Shown here: in pieces, positions 19,423 through 29,223 of the stretch
Position numbering within the stretch: the first letter of the stretch is position 1
Layout: each line of letters begins with the position of its first letter
From: an uncultured archaeon
GTDB taxonomy: Archaea; Thermoproteota; EX4484-205; JAAOZP01
Length of the DNA: 47,899 nucleotides
Direction: 5' to 3'
Assembly (NCBI GenBank): GCA_938045545.1
Contig: CALIBN010000042.1
Coordinates: 1-47,899, forward strand
Program-made: the position numbers and the translations under genes
The notes under the pieces: generated by a model
The model's input: the letters and a program-made list of their open reading frames with translations, nothing else
Database searches by the model: none
What the model was told of the DNA's origin: nothing

Positions 19423-19426
19423 GAGG

Positions 19427-20509
19427 TTGATCCAGTCGAACCCGCAGACAACTCTCGAGGCTAAGCTTCTAACTCTTAAGAATAGGAGGATCGAGGAAGC
19501 GTTATCCGTTTTCGAAGCGCTTTCCAGCAGACCCAAGCCACCAGAATACCCGCTCGTCATCCTGCATAGCAATAAGGGTAAAGCTGTTAGCCTGGGATGT
19601 TTTCAGGTTGCTGACGAAGATTTTCTAACAGGCTTTATGCGTAAAAGGGGCTTAAAATACTTCTTCAGGCTTCACGGTGGCGACGTAATGCTTCACGATG
19701 AAAACCAAGTTGGGATTGCGTTGATGACACCCACGGAGGAGAAATATAGAGATATCTACATTTCTCTGATAAGCTTTCTGTTAAAGAGAAACGGTGTGTT
19801 GAACATCCATGTCACAAACGACTATATACTATGTTTCAACAAGGTTCTAGGAGAAGTAATACACGTGGATAAGAACGGGTTTTCAAGCTGGTTCGTATTC
19901 ATCTATTTAAAAAGGAATTATGAGGAAATGGCTGGCTTAAAATTCCCTAAGGAACAGCTGATCAAAGAAAGGGTTAGCAAGCTTAAGGAGAACTATATCG
20001 GGTTAGATCAGGTTTTAGAGAAACAGGTTTCTGCAGACGCGTTTTTAAAATCGGTTAGCACGGTTTTGACGGATGATCTGGGCTTCAAGATAAGGGACTT
20101 TAGACTGAGTCTCGGGGAAAAGAAGCTTTTCTGGAGGACTAGAGACAGGCTTAAGAACAATCGTATTTCTGAGGCGGTTCAACTGAAGCATTCCGCATTG
20201 CTGAGGGAGGAGGGTGCCCTTCTTATTTCTAAAAGATTGATGAACGGCTTCCTGCGGATGCGGCTTAAAATTAAAGATAAGACTCTTGAGAAGATCAGCA
20301 TATCCGGGAGCTTTATGTTTGAGCCTTCTGAGAGACTTAGAGATTTCGAGAAAATGCTGGAGGGTAAAGAGCTTGACGAAACCGTTTTAACCGAGAAGGT
20401 TACGGAATTCTTTATTAACGAGAAGGTTAAGGCTTCCTTCACAGCGTTTGAAATAGTTGAACTACTTTGTGGAGCAGCAGGTGGCACTAATGAGCATGGA
20501 GACAAGTAG
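19427..20509 (+). CDS. Divergent lipoate-protein ligase A-like protein with C-terminal domain
   Basis: VSLGCFQ, RLHGGDVMLHD (degenerate RxxGGG), and C-terminal ISISGSFMFEP...FEKMLEG similar to the LplA C-domain. Confidence 0.65.
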   Translation: MIQSNPQTTLEAKLLTLKNRRIEEALSVFEALSSRPKPPEYPLVILHSNKGKAVSLGCFQVADEDFLTGFMRKRGLKYFFRLHGGDVMLHDENQVGIALMTPTEEKYRDIYISLISFLLKRNGVLNIHVTNDYILCFNKVLGEVIHVDKNGFSSWFVFIYLKRNYEEMAGLKFPKEQLIKERVSKLKENYIGLDQVLEKQVSADAFLKSVSTVLTDDLGFKIRDFRLSLGEKKLFWRTRDRLKNNRISEAVQLKHSALLREEGALLISKRLMNGFLRMRLKIKDKTLEKISISGSFMFEPSERLRDFEKMLEGKELDETVLTEKVTEFFINEKVKASFTAFEIVELLCGAAGGTNEHGDK

Positions 20510-21059
20510 AGAACCAATGTTTCCAATCGTGGCTGAGAAAAGCCGCGAGGAGGTGCATGTTACTGACAGGGATGCTGTGGAGTGGCTTGATTCTAAAGGC
20601 TATGGTTTCAGATTTAGGGAAGACCTGTTGATACTCCGCCCTTTTGAAGCCCTCTACCTTATGAATCAGAATAAGCTCGTATTATACTATAGGTCTAAGC
20701 AATTGATGTTCAACCAGTATCTTAAGATTCTTGAAAAAACCGATAGCAAGATATGGTTGCGATACTTGATATACAAGGACCTTAGGGACAAGGGATATGT
20801 TGTTAAAGACGGCTATGGCTTCGACATAGATTTCAAGGTTTATGAGGCCGGCGATTATGGCTCAAAGCCTGCAAAATACCTTGTATACGGGGTTGCCGAA
20901 GGAACACCCCTCCCCATTACGAAGCTCTACAATATTCTAAGGCACTCCTACTCTCTTAGGAAGACGCTGATAATCGCGACTGTCGACAGGAGGAGTGAAA
21001 TAGTTTATTACATGCTTTCCTCCCTACTCCTTGGGAAGGAGACTAGAGGAGAACAATGA
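20490..21059 (+). CDS. endA: tRNA splicing endonuclease subunit, probably the structural (beta) subunit
   Basis: FEALYL, YKDLRDKGYVVKDGYGFDIDFKVY, RK. The catalytic His position appears to be Pro (SKPAKYLV). Start at ATG 20490 after a GGTGG Shine-Dalgarno-like sequence. Confidence 0.85.
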   Translation: MSMETSREPMFPIVAEKSREEVHVTDRDAVEWLDSKGYGFRFREDLLILRPFEALYLMNQNKLVLYYRSKQLMFNQYLKILEKTDSKIWLRYLIYKDLRDKGYVVKDGYGFDIDFKVYEAGDYGSKPAKYLVYGVAEGTPLPITKLYNILRHSYSLRKTLIIATVDRRSEIVYYMLSSLLLGKETRGEQ

Positions 21060-22351
21060 GGGAGGAAAATCTTACGCTCAGAGGAATGCGAAACCTGCTG
21101 CCAGATGAGAAGGCGAAGCTGAACAGGGTTGAAAGCGAGATAAGAAGGCTTTTCAAAATATATGGGTTTCAAGAGGTTGAAACACCAACAATAGAACCCC
21201 TTGAACTCTTCGAGCTGAAATCCGGGGAGGAGATTAGACACAGGATGTACAGGTTCACGGATCTCGGCGGCAGGGGGGTCGTGTTAAGACCGGAGGCAAC
21301 CGCATCCGTTACAAAGCTCGTCGTGCAGGAGATGCGCAGTATGCCGCTTCCCATAAAAGTGGGTTACATCCTGAATGCATTTAGATACGATGAACCTCAA
21401 TACGGAAGATATAGGGAGTTTAAGCAAGGAGGCTTCGAAATATTTGGAACGAAAAGTCCTCTAGCGGATGCTGAAATACTTGAGGTATCGTCGAGACTTA
21501 TGGATGGTCTTGGAATAAAAGATTACTACATAAAGATCGGACACGAAGGTGTTCTCCGGGCAGTGTTAACTTATTTCGGAGTGGAAGAAATCGTCCAAGA
21601 CAGGGTTCTCGGCCTCATAGATAAGGAGAGGCTTACTGAAGCCTTCGAGATACTCGCCTCCCTTCCCAAGGGCTTAGAAGCTATAGAATTAATCAAGAGC
21701 CTCTGGGAGATTAAAAGCCGGAATGCAACAGAGGCACTGAAACGTGCAGAGGCGGTTCTGAAAGACATTCCGGAGGCGATTGAACAGTTGAACAACCTGA
21801 GGGAGATAATAGAGCTCGCTCAAGCAAGTGGAGTCGGCGAATTAGTTGTCGACATGGGTTTTGCAAGAGGATTAGACTACTATACGGGGATGATTTTCGA
21901 AGTATACGCTAAGGATTTGAGAATAGCTGTCAACGGTGGAGGAAGGTATGATAAGCTCGCGAGCTTATTAGGTTGGGACGTCCCCGCAGTTGGGTGCGCA
22001 CCTGGAATAGATCGAATTAGCCTCGTAATGGATGAGAAGACTGTTCCTCGGGACAATGTGGTGTGCATGATTGTGAGCATGGTTAAGGATGGTGATATTT
22101 TTGCAGCGAGGCTTGCAGGCATGTTGAGGATGAAGGGGGTTCCGACGCTGGTTGACTACACTAGGAGGGATGTTAGCAAGGCCCTCTCATATGCTTCGAA
22201 GAGAAACGTGAAGTACGCTGTATTAATTGGCAGCAGGGAAGTTTTGACCAACACCATTGCTCTGAAAAACATGGAGACAGGGAGCCAGGAGGAGCTTAAA
22301 GTTGAGCAGGTTGTTGAAAAATTATCGTCTTATATTCTTCAGAAGACTTAA
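21056..22351 (+). CDS. hisS: Histidine--tRNA ligase
   Basis: LRPEAT, FRYDEPQYGRYREFKQ, RGLDYYTG, GGGRYD and a C-terminal anticodon-binding domain. Confidence 0.96.
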   Translation: MREENLTLRGMRNLLPDEKAKLNRVESEIRRLFKIYGFQEVETPTIEPLELFELKSGEEIRHRMYRFTDLGGRGVVLRPEATASVTKLVVQEMRSMPLPIKVGYILNAFRYDEPQYGRYREFKQGGFEIFGTKSPLADAEILEVSSRLMDGLGIKDYYIKIGHEGVLRAVLTYFGVEEIVQDRVLGLIDKERLTEAFEILASLPKGLEAIELIKSLWEIKSRNATEALKRAEAVLKDIPEAIEQLNNLREIIELAQASGVGELVVDMGFARGLDYYTGMIFEVYAKDLRIAVNGGGRYDKLASLLGWDVPAVGCAPGIDRISLVMDEKTVPRDNVVCMIVSMVKDGDIFAARLAGMLRMKGVPTLVDYTRRDVSKALSYASKRNVKYAVLIGSREVLTNTIALKNMETGSQEELKVEQVVEKLSSYILQKT

Positions 22352-23544
22352 TACTCCCCTGAGAGAAGATGAAGATTTCCTATTCTCACTTTCTCTAAAT
22401 GTTTTCGTGCTGCCTCATAGCATTCGCGTGCATGTTTTCGACTGGTAGTAGGAAGATCGTTCATGATGTACTGAGGGTAAAAAGCTAAAAGCGTGTAAGG
22501 TATTCCAGGGTTAACCTCAGCTATGAACCTGGCAATATTCTCAACCTCAGCAGCGTCGATATATCCTGGCACAAGCAGCGTGCTGGCGGTCAACACAGGC
22601 ACCTCAGGCCGCTTCTCGAAAAACCTCTCGCCTATTTCCATGAAATTATTCAACGCAGCCCTATTTGAAACTCCACACAATACTCTGCTAAGATTTTCAT
22701 CCCATACTTTAAGATCGAACTTCACAACACCACCGCTCTTAAGAGAAAGCTCAGCCGCCTTTAAGGCGAAACCCTTAGACATGTTTCCGTTGGTCTCCCA
22801 ACATATTCTGAGTATACGTTTCTCTTCCTCAGCCCTTTGAAGGGCAATCCGGCTGGTTTCAAGAGCATGCATCATCTGCGTGGAGGGATCCCCTCCGAAA
22901 AAGCATACGCATGAAACTCTCCGGTCAGCCTTAGAAGCGAGCTCCTCGGAGCTTACAAGGGGCCTAAGGCTCTGAGACATTTGTCTGAAATGCCAGTTCT
23001 GGCAGAAAAGACAGTCAAAACTACAGCTACCATAGAACACGGCGAGATTCACATACCCTTCTTCAACACCCGGCTTGTAGGCGTACTTAGGGTAGCCCGC
23101 GCCCGTGCAGCCTGGGCAGAACCACGACGCGACGCAGTTAGTTGGAAGAGGATCATAATACCATTCTAGCAGTCCCCTTTCACGTGTTCCGCCAAGCCTG
23201 GTTAAACGGCCGTTGGTATTCAAAACCAAGCCGCAGAACCCTTTCTCCCCCGGCTTGACTCTACAATTGTTAGCGCAGACTCCGCAGGGTAAACCGTTAG
23301 GATCACCAGGAGGAGCGGGGGGAAGCCCGAAGGCCCTCCTAGTGTCATCGTGAACACGTTTAGCTATTTCAACAGCCTCCTCCGGTTTTCTCCTGATGCA
23401 TTTTAAACAAACTCCTAGCTGACCAGCTATTAGAGGAGACTCGACTCCACAAATCAAACACCTTCCCAACGTCCTTCTCCTAATTATTCTCCGCAGAGTA
23501 TTTATTTTAAACTTAGGGAACCTGGATGCACGAAGAGAACTCAC
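22348..23544 (-). CDS. Radical SAM protein (PFL-activase/AmmeMemoRadiSAM-like) with N-terminal Cys clusters
   Basis: CSFDCLFCQNW motif, FFGGDP, WETNG. The true start may be downstream of 23544. Confidence 0.88.
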   Translation of the reverse strand: MSSLRASRFPKFKINTLRRIIRRRTLGRCLICGVESPLIAGQLGVCLKCIRRKPEEAVEIAKRVHDDTRRAFGLPPAPPGDPNGLPCGVCANNCRVKPGEKGFCGLVLNTNGRLTRLGGTRERGLLEWYYDPLPTNCVASWFCPGCTGAGYPKYAYKPGVEEGYVNLAVFYGSCSFDCLFCQNWHFRQMSQSLRPLVSSEELASKADRRVSCVCFFGGDPSTQMMHALETSRIALQRAEEEKRILRICWETNGNMSKGFALKAAELSLKSGGVVKFDLKVWDENLSRVLCGVSNRAALNNFMEIGERFFEKRPEVPVLTASTLLVPGYIDAAEVENIARFIAEVNPGIPYTLLAFYPQYIMNDLPTTSRKHARECYEAARKHLEKVRIGNLHLLSGEY

Positions 23545-23605
23545 GCCTCGGCTTCACTAACCATTCTTGTTATTACTGCAAACCCCTTACTGCTCTCCAA
23601 TCATA

Positions 23606-23942
23606 ATGGGATTTAAATTTTTCCTCCGCGCGGTGCTTACCGCAAAGCTTGTAAGAGCCATGGAAAAGAGTGCGCCGACTGCGTAGAGACAACGGGAAAC
23701 CCTTCTTCCTGAGGGGGATTGGCTGGAGGTCTGCCCAGTTTGGCAGTGTGCGGAGAAGCGTGGAGTGGAGCACCGGGTAACTGTGGAGTTTTCCCTGTGG
23801 TGAATTTCTAAACTGGTATGACCCGGCTTGGGGTGTAGTCACATCCCTAGGGAGGGCGGGGCTTCTAGCCTTAAGGAAAAGAATAGGGGACGAAGCATGG
23901 GCCAAATGGGTTAAGGAGAAGAAGATAGGGTTTGAGGGCTGA
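23606..23942 (+). pseudogene. Multiply frameshifted DUF3795-like Cys-rich protein
   Basis: Stitched frames read ...ACKSHGKECADC...EVCPVWQCAEKRGVEH.GNCGVFPCGEFLNWYDP...LALRKRIGDEAWAKWVKEK, matching the DUF3795 Cys pattern. Confidence 0.65.
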
Positions 23943-24255
23943 TCTCAAAGTAATGTTTTTCGAAATCAACTATCCTGTCTTTCTTAACTTTAACCCCTTC
24001 CTTAGCCAGCATCCTGGCTTTCTTCCCCATTCCTTTCATGCCTCCGTAGCCGCCAAGTCTTCCATCGCTGTACACGACCCTGTGACATGGTACAGTCGGC
24101 GCATAGGGGTTGCTTCTCATTAAAGCTCCAATAGCCCTTGTGGAATCAGGATGTTCAACAGCCCTAGCCAACGCCCCGTATGTGGTAACCCTTCCCTTTG
24201 GAACCTTCTTAAGCAGCTCGTAAACAAGTCCTCGGTCAATAACCTTCCTTTTCAC
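23911..24255 (-). CDS. MGMT-family (O6-alkylguanine DNA alkyltransferase) DNA-binding domain protein
   Basis: VPKGRVTTYG, RAIG and the active-site motif PCHRVV. Confidence 0.9.
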   Translation of the reverse strand: MKRKVIDRGLVYELLKKVPKGRVTTYGALARAVEHPDSTRAIGALMRSNPYAPTVPCHRVVYSDGRLGGYGGMKGMGKKARMLAKEGVKVKKDRIVDFEKHYFEISPQTLSSSP

Positions 24256-24371
24256 AAGCCTGTTATGGCGTGCGGGAATTTAACCCTTTAGGCAAGCCAC
24301 TAGATAAATGTTGGAATAAGCTTGAAGTAGTGCTCATCCTAGTGCCGGAATAAACTTCTTATAAACCCGTT

Positions 24372-24665
24372 ATGTTTGTATATGGCTTGATGAAGAAGCT
24401 TGAAGAAGCGGTTTTGAGAGCCGTAGACGAGTATAACAAGTATAGGAGCCCGGAGGCCAAGGCTAGGCTCGTCGAGATCCGGGAGGACAGGCTTACTATC
24501 GATTTCGAAGGAACTTTCTGCCAGACCTGCGGTGTCTACGATTATCTTGAAGACTTCATATATGAGCTTCAGATGTTGATTGATGTGAGCATTGAGATTT
24601 TAAACTTTAAGGAGTATGAGCCGGGGAAGATTAGAGTCGAGTACGGGTTGAAAAGAATGGATTAG
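24372..24665 (+). CDS. Hypothetical protein with CxxC (archaeal conserved-looking)
   Basis: 97-aa ORF with YNKYRSPE and FCQTCGVYDY, between two clear genes. Confidence 0.7.
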   Translation: MFVYGLMKKLEEAVLRAVDEYNKYRSPEAKARLVEIREDRLTIDFEGTFCQTCGVYDYLEDFIYELQMLIDVSIEILNFKEYEPGKIRVEYGLKRMD

Positions 24666-24738
24666 TATAGAAAAATTTTTGAGGAAAGGGCTCCAGGACA
24701 TTCGAAAACTTTAACTGTTTTCAACAGGATTCCGATAC

Positions 24739-26061
24739 ATGTTAACGGTTAGCAGGAAGATAGGTCTACTGAGGTTTGAGCTTATTCAGGCTGCAGAAGA
24801 AGGAAAGGACGTGGAAAAATACAGGGAGAAGCTAGCCTCGCTCGACGAGTTGAAGGCTGGGCACAGGGAGCTGGATGAACTTTACGAGGAGATATTTTCC
24901 TCACCCACTCTGGCCAGTTGGCCGTATGCTGAACCAGACTGCCTAGAGGAAATAAGGAGGAGTGCGAACCCGCCTAAGGATGAGGAAACTTGGATAAGCA
25001 GGCATGAGCTCCGAGACAGGATGCTGGGAGCCTGGTTTGGAAGAATAGCGGGAAACATGCTTGGAAAGCCTGTGGAAGGCTGGCCTAAGAATAGGATAGA
25101 AGAGTACCTTAAGAAGGCTGGGTGTTACCCGCTTGACTACTATATTCCTGAGCTTATACCTCGTACTGAGAGGAGCCTCCAAACATATTACGAGGCGGGT
25201 GGGCTTCGTGGCAACTTGAGCAAGGCTCTGAGGGACGACGACTTGGACTACACCATTCTGGGCCTGCTCCTTCTGGAAAGGAAAGGCTTCAGCTTCACAA
25301 CAGAAGATATTGCTGAAGAATGGTTGAACAGATTGCCTTTTAACCTTACCTACACTGCTGAGAGGGAGGCTTACAGGAACCTTACTCTCGGCCTTAAGCC
25401 TCCTGAGACAGCAACCTTCTGGAATCCTTTCAGAGAGTGGATAGGGGCTCAAATAAGAGCTGACCCATGGGGCTATGCAAACCCGAAAAGGCCATGGTCT
25501 GCAGCGGAAATGGCTTACAAGGATGCTAGGCTCTCTCACGTTAAGAACGGGATCTACGGAGAGATGCTAATGGCGGCTATGGTTGCATCAGCCTTCGCCG
25601 AATCAGACCCGCTGGAAGTCGTGAAGAAGGGACTCTCATGCATACCTCAGGGAAGCAGGCTGGCTGAGGCAATTGGACGCTGCGTCGACCTTTGGAGGAA
25701 GCACGGAGACTTTGACGCAGCCTACGAGGAGGCTATGTTGAAATACGGGCATTACCACCCGGTTCACACGATAAACAATGCAGTTATAGTTGTCCTGTCC
25801 CTTCTCTATGGCGAGAGAGACTTCGGGAAATCCATCTGTTTAAGCGTGTCTAGCGGCCTCGACACAGACTGCAATGGTGCGTCAGTAGGATCCATAGTTG
25901 GAGCCATGGTTGGCTTTAAAGGAATACCTGAGAAATGGTACTCTCCATTGAACAATACTTTGGAAACAGCATTATCAGGTCTAAAAGAGCTTAAAATATC
26001 TGAATTAGCTGATAGGATGGTGGAAGCCGTAGCTAAGAACTTAACCGGCCACCGTAGGTAA
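24739..26061 (+). CDS. ADP-ribosylglycohydrolase family protein
   Basis: GNMLGKPVEG, DDDLDYT, WIGAQIRAD, DARLSH, GLDTDCNGA. Confidence 0.9.
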   Translation: MLTVSRKIGLLRFELIQAAEEGKDVEKYREKLASLDELKAGHRELDELYEEIFSSPTLASWPYAEPDCLEEIRRSANPPKDEETWISRHELRDRMLGAWFGRIAGNMLGKPVEGWPKNRIEEYLKKAGCYPLDYYIPELIPRTERSLQTYYEAGGLRGNLSKALRDDDLDYTILGLLLLERKGFSFTTEDIAEEWLNRLPFNLTYTAEREAYRNLTLGLKPPETATFWNPFREWIGAQIRADPWGYANPKRPWSAAEMAYKDARLSHVKNGIYGEMLMAAMVASAFAESDPLEVVKKGLSCIPQGSRLAEAIGRCVDLWRKHGDFDAAYEEAMLKYGHYHPVHTINNAVIVVLSLLYGERDFGKSICLSVSSGLDTDCNGASVGSIVGAMVGFKGIPEKWYSPLNNTLETALSGLKELKISELADRMVEAVAKNLTGHRR

Positions 26062-26066
26062 AGGGT

Positions 26067-29039
26067 TTAAGCGGCCGCCTCACCCTTTTCTTTTTCAACC
26101 TGTTTCTTCCAGTCTACGTATTGCAACAGGTCTTCTCTAAGCCTCGTCAGCATTTCTCTGGCGCAGAACTTGTGGTCGATTCCCCACTGGCCTGTGGCGG
26201 AATAAGCCAACGCTCTCACCGTTTTTCCAGGGTTCTCAGGTATGGCTAGGCGGACCCTATAAGCTGCCACCCTCTGCCCCCTGTAGTTTAAAAGAATTTC
26301 AACAGCGTTGATCCTGCCCTTCTCCCTTAACGGTTTTACCTCTGTATATATTGGTCCCAAAAGCATTGGCGGCGGCCTCTTGGTTAGCGAGGAGACATAG
26401 TCGACGAAATAGTTCACATCATCAACTATTCTCAAAGGTATTACTGATTCAGCATGATCCTTGAGCAGCTTAGCCTCCTCGATCTTCTTGAACATGAACC
26501 GGCTGGGCACAACTTTCAGAATGACTTTCCTAGCCGGTATAAGACTCCCCACCAAGGAGGATAATATTGCCACAAGGAAGCTTGCCAGCATTGAGCTGAA
26601 CAAATAAGGCTTCACAAGTGTCACGGGAGTTGAAATGTATATTTGAAGAAACTGGCTTAAAACATATCCTAGGGCTCCTCCTAAAAGACCGTAGCTTAGG
26701 CCTTCGACGATTAGCAGGAGGGAAACGTGGCCAGGGCTGGCGCCGAGTGCACTAAGGGTTGAGTATTCTCCATGACGCTCGTAAAGCGAGCCCAGTAGTG
26801 TTGTTACGATCATTAGGGAGGCAAGCCCCATTAGAATAAGTAGCTCTGGAGCGCTGGTGAACTGCTGGAGCTCGCCCACTATAAGTAGGCAAGCAGTCTC
26901 TCCGCCTGAGCCTAAACCTATTCTGAAAGACCTGAAGGTTTGCGTCGTTATCTGCGCGCCCATCATTACTGTGAAATTCGAGTCCCTCTCATAGCTGGTT
27001 TCTAGAAGCCTCTTAGAAACATCGCTTGAGAAATCGCCTTCAAGCAGAAGTCTGTAGACTGTTAAGGGCCCCGGGGAAAGCTCTAGACTGGTCACTACTA
27101 AGGGTCCTTCAACCTCGTCTAGCGGAACCCCATCCTTCAGCTTTAAAGGCCCTTCCAGCACCATGCTTACCCTGGTTTCTACAACGTTACTTCCCATGAT
27201 GACTATGGAGTCGCCTTCCGCAATATTCAGCGTCTCCGCCAAATCGGCTGAAACAGCAGTCCCTCCTAGTGTCGAGGCGTTAGTGGCCACTAAGAAGGCT
27301 TTGGTTCTCCTCCCATCCTTAGAAACGAGGACTTGAGAGACTGCAACAATATACTTTTTCTCAACGCCTTCCATGCTGGAGAGCCACTTCACCTGCCAGT
27401 GCGGTATGGGTTGAAAAACCTCGTTGATTAAAACCTCATTCTTCTGGTCCATTCCTCTGAAAATAGTGGTGACTGTAGTAACGTGAGCGCTGATGCTTAG
27501 TCCACGGAATTCTGAAGGGTAAGTTGCCTCCCTTATTGTTGTCAATGTGCCGATTGCCAAGAGACTACTGGAGGCTGCGGAGACAACCGCTATAGTAACT
27601 ATAGTTAGAATTGTCCGGAATATTCTTTTACGCATGCTTTTAACGGAATACCAGAAGAGATCGCTGAGAAGAGTTCCCTTGGCTTCCAGCACCATTATGC
27701 CCAATACCAGCAGCGTTGTGATGGCTGTGAACAATGACACGATTATTGATGCTGACGATAGGCGAGAAATAGCTTCAGGGTTAAGAACCGCAACCGCCAT
27801 CCTGGCCTGTGGAATGAACAGTATCTCAATAAAAATAAGTGCTGAAAATAATCCTGTAATTACAATCCTCCTTCTTTTCTCTATCAATGCGCCTGCGATC
27901 GATGAGACGAAGAAGGTAAATGCGATTAGGAAGAGAAACATTGCAATACTGTCGCTCTTGGCCTGGCTTAAAGCGTCAAGCGCGTTCTCAGTCTTAACGA
28001 TGCTTTTCTCGAAGAATCCTGAGCCAATTTCCCAATCGCCTTTTGCGAAAGCGGTCTCGCTCTCCATTAGCAGCATCATGGCATAGTCGACTTCTTTCAA
28101 ATATTTTTCAGCGTCGAAACCTATTTTAGACAGGAAGACTCTTTCCTCGGAAGCGAAGGATTCGATAAACTTCTTTAAACGTTCAACTTCCAAAAGTGCT
28201 ATGCTAATGTTGCTTGTTCTGCAGGAAATGTCCATCGGTATCCCCACTCCCCCCGATGAAGAGGACACGGTGCCATACTTGCTCAGCAGTCTAGCCAGCC
28301 TGCTTTCAGGGCTTAAGAATGCAAAAAGCGTCACGGGGCCTTCTTGAGGTACTGGCACATAGTAATTTTCATCATCCTCCCAACCCCCCATTCTCCAAAT
28401 ACCCCAAAACTCGAATCCGACTGCTTCAACATTCGGCACCTCCTTTCTTATGACTATTAGACAACCTTTTCGCAGGTCTTCCCTCTCCTCAGGTATAAGT
28501 GCTTCTCCCTCGGCAAATATGGTTACTCTGTCCCCTGATAATGCTAGAATACCGGTGGCGTTAATGAGGAGGCTGCGTCTGCCATAGCTGCGTGGTATTA
28601 ATATGGAGGTTGAACCAGAGTAAGCATCTCCATATCCAAAGCTCACGCTAAACGTATTAGCGTCCACAGCAGTATAAACTGCAGCCAGTCTTATCACGTA
28701 GTTTTTCCCGATGCTTATGGATTCCGAGTAAAGCTCCCCTTGGCTCATTGCAACATGTTTTAAAGCATAACTGGGGTCTCCTGAAGTTTCTGAAACGTGA
28801 AACAATGCATTGCCCAGAACCACGGTGCCTGATGTTATGAGAATAGAGCCGTTCACAATACTTCCGGCTTCAAACCGTCCTTCTAAGTTAATCTTTACCG
28901 GGACAATTATCGAACCGGAAACAGTAATCAACCCTTTGAAGAGCGTTTCAGAGCCCAGTACAAGCATTACTGCAACTATGCTTAACATGGTTTTGCAGCT
29001 TTTCGAAAGTTTCTTTACCACCTTAAGTCTCCACTTCAT
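26067..29039 (-). CDS. Large FtsX/MacB-like ABC permease
   Basis: Multiple TM blocks and the FtsX motif SLYERHGEYSTLSALGASPGHV. Confidence 0.8.
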   Translation of the reverse strand: MKWRLKVVKKLSKSCKTMLSIVAVMLVLGSETLFKGLITVSGSIIVPVKINLEGRFEAGSIVNGSILITSGTVVLGNALFHVSETSGDPSYALKHVAMSQGELYSESISIGKNYVIRLAAVYTAVDANTFSVSFGYGDAYSGSTSILIPRSYGRRSLLINATGILALSGDRVTIFAEGEALIPEEREDLRKGCLIVIRKEVPNVEAVGFEFWGIWRMGGWEDDENYYVPVPQEGPVTLFAFLSPESRLARLLSKYGTVSSSSGGVGIPMDISCRTSNISIALLEVERLKKFIESFASEERVFLSKIGFDAEKYLKEVDYAMMLLMESETAFAKGDWEIGSGFFEKSIVKTENALDALSQAKSDSIAMFLFLIAFTFFVSSIAGALIEKRRRIVITGLFSALIFIEILFIPQARMAVAVLNPEAISRLSSASIIVSLFTAITTLLVLGIMVLEAKGTLLSDLFWYSVKSMRKRIFRTILTIVTIAVVSAASSSLLAIGTLTTIREATYPSEFRGLSISAHVTTVTTIFRGMDQKNEVLINEVFQPIPHWQVKWLSSMEGVEKKYIVAVSQVLVSKDGRRTKAFLVATNASTLGGTAVSADLAETLNIAEGDSIVIMGSNVVETRVSMVLEGPLKLKDGVPLDEVEGPLVVTSLELSPGPLTVYRLLLEGDFSSDVSKRLLETSYERDSNFTVMMGAQITTQTFRSFRIGLGSGGETACLLIVGELQQFTSAPELLILMGLASLMIVTTLLGSLYERHGEYSTLSALGASPGHVSLLLIVEGLSYGLLGGALGYVLSQFLQIYISTPVTLVKPYLFSSMLASFLVAILSSLVGSLIPARKVILKVVPSRFMFKKIEEAKLLKDHAESVIPLRIVDDVNYFVDYVSSLTKRPPPMLLGPIYTEVKPLREKGRINAVEILLNYRGQRVAAYRVRLAIPENPGKTVRALAYSATGQWGIDHKFCAREMLTRLREDLLQYVDWKKQVEKEKGEAAA

Positions 29040-29223
29040 GGGGAGGAAATATAAGTTTTCACATACAAGTGGGTGCTTTAGCTTCTGGCCTTATGGCCTC
29101 TTGCTCTCGTATAATTCCTCGGGGGAAGCCAAATTTAACATTAATGTGTTTAAAATGGCGATAGGTCTCCCTTTCTTTTGTAAAAATTTAAATGCTCCTC
29201 CTCCTGCGGCTTTTCGAACCATA

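Noticed and set aside
23573-23905. 110-aa minus-strand ORF or a GC-rich ncRNA
   Set aside because: It is the shadow of the plus-strand DUF3795-like pseudogene.
28810-29223. 138-aa N-terminal extension of the BMP protein
   Set aside because: It overlaps the opposite-strand permease start and the divergent promoter region; the membrane anchor begins at ATG 29224.
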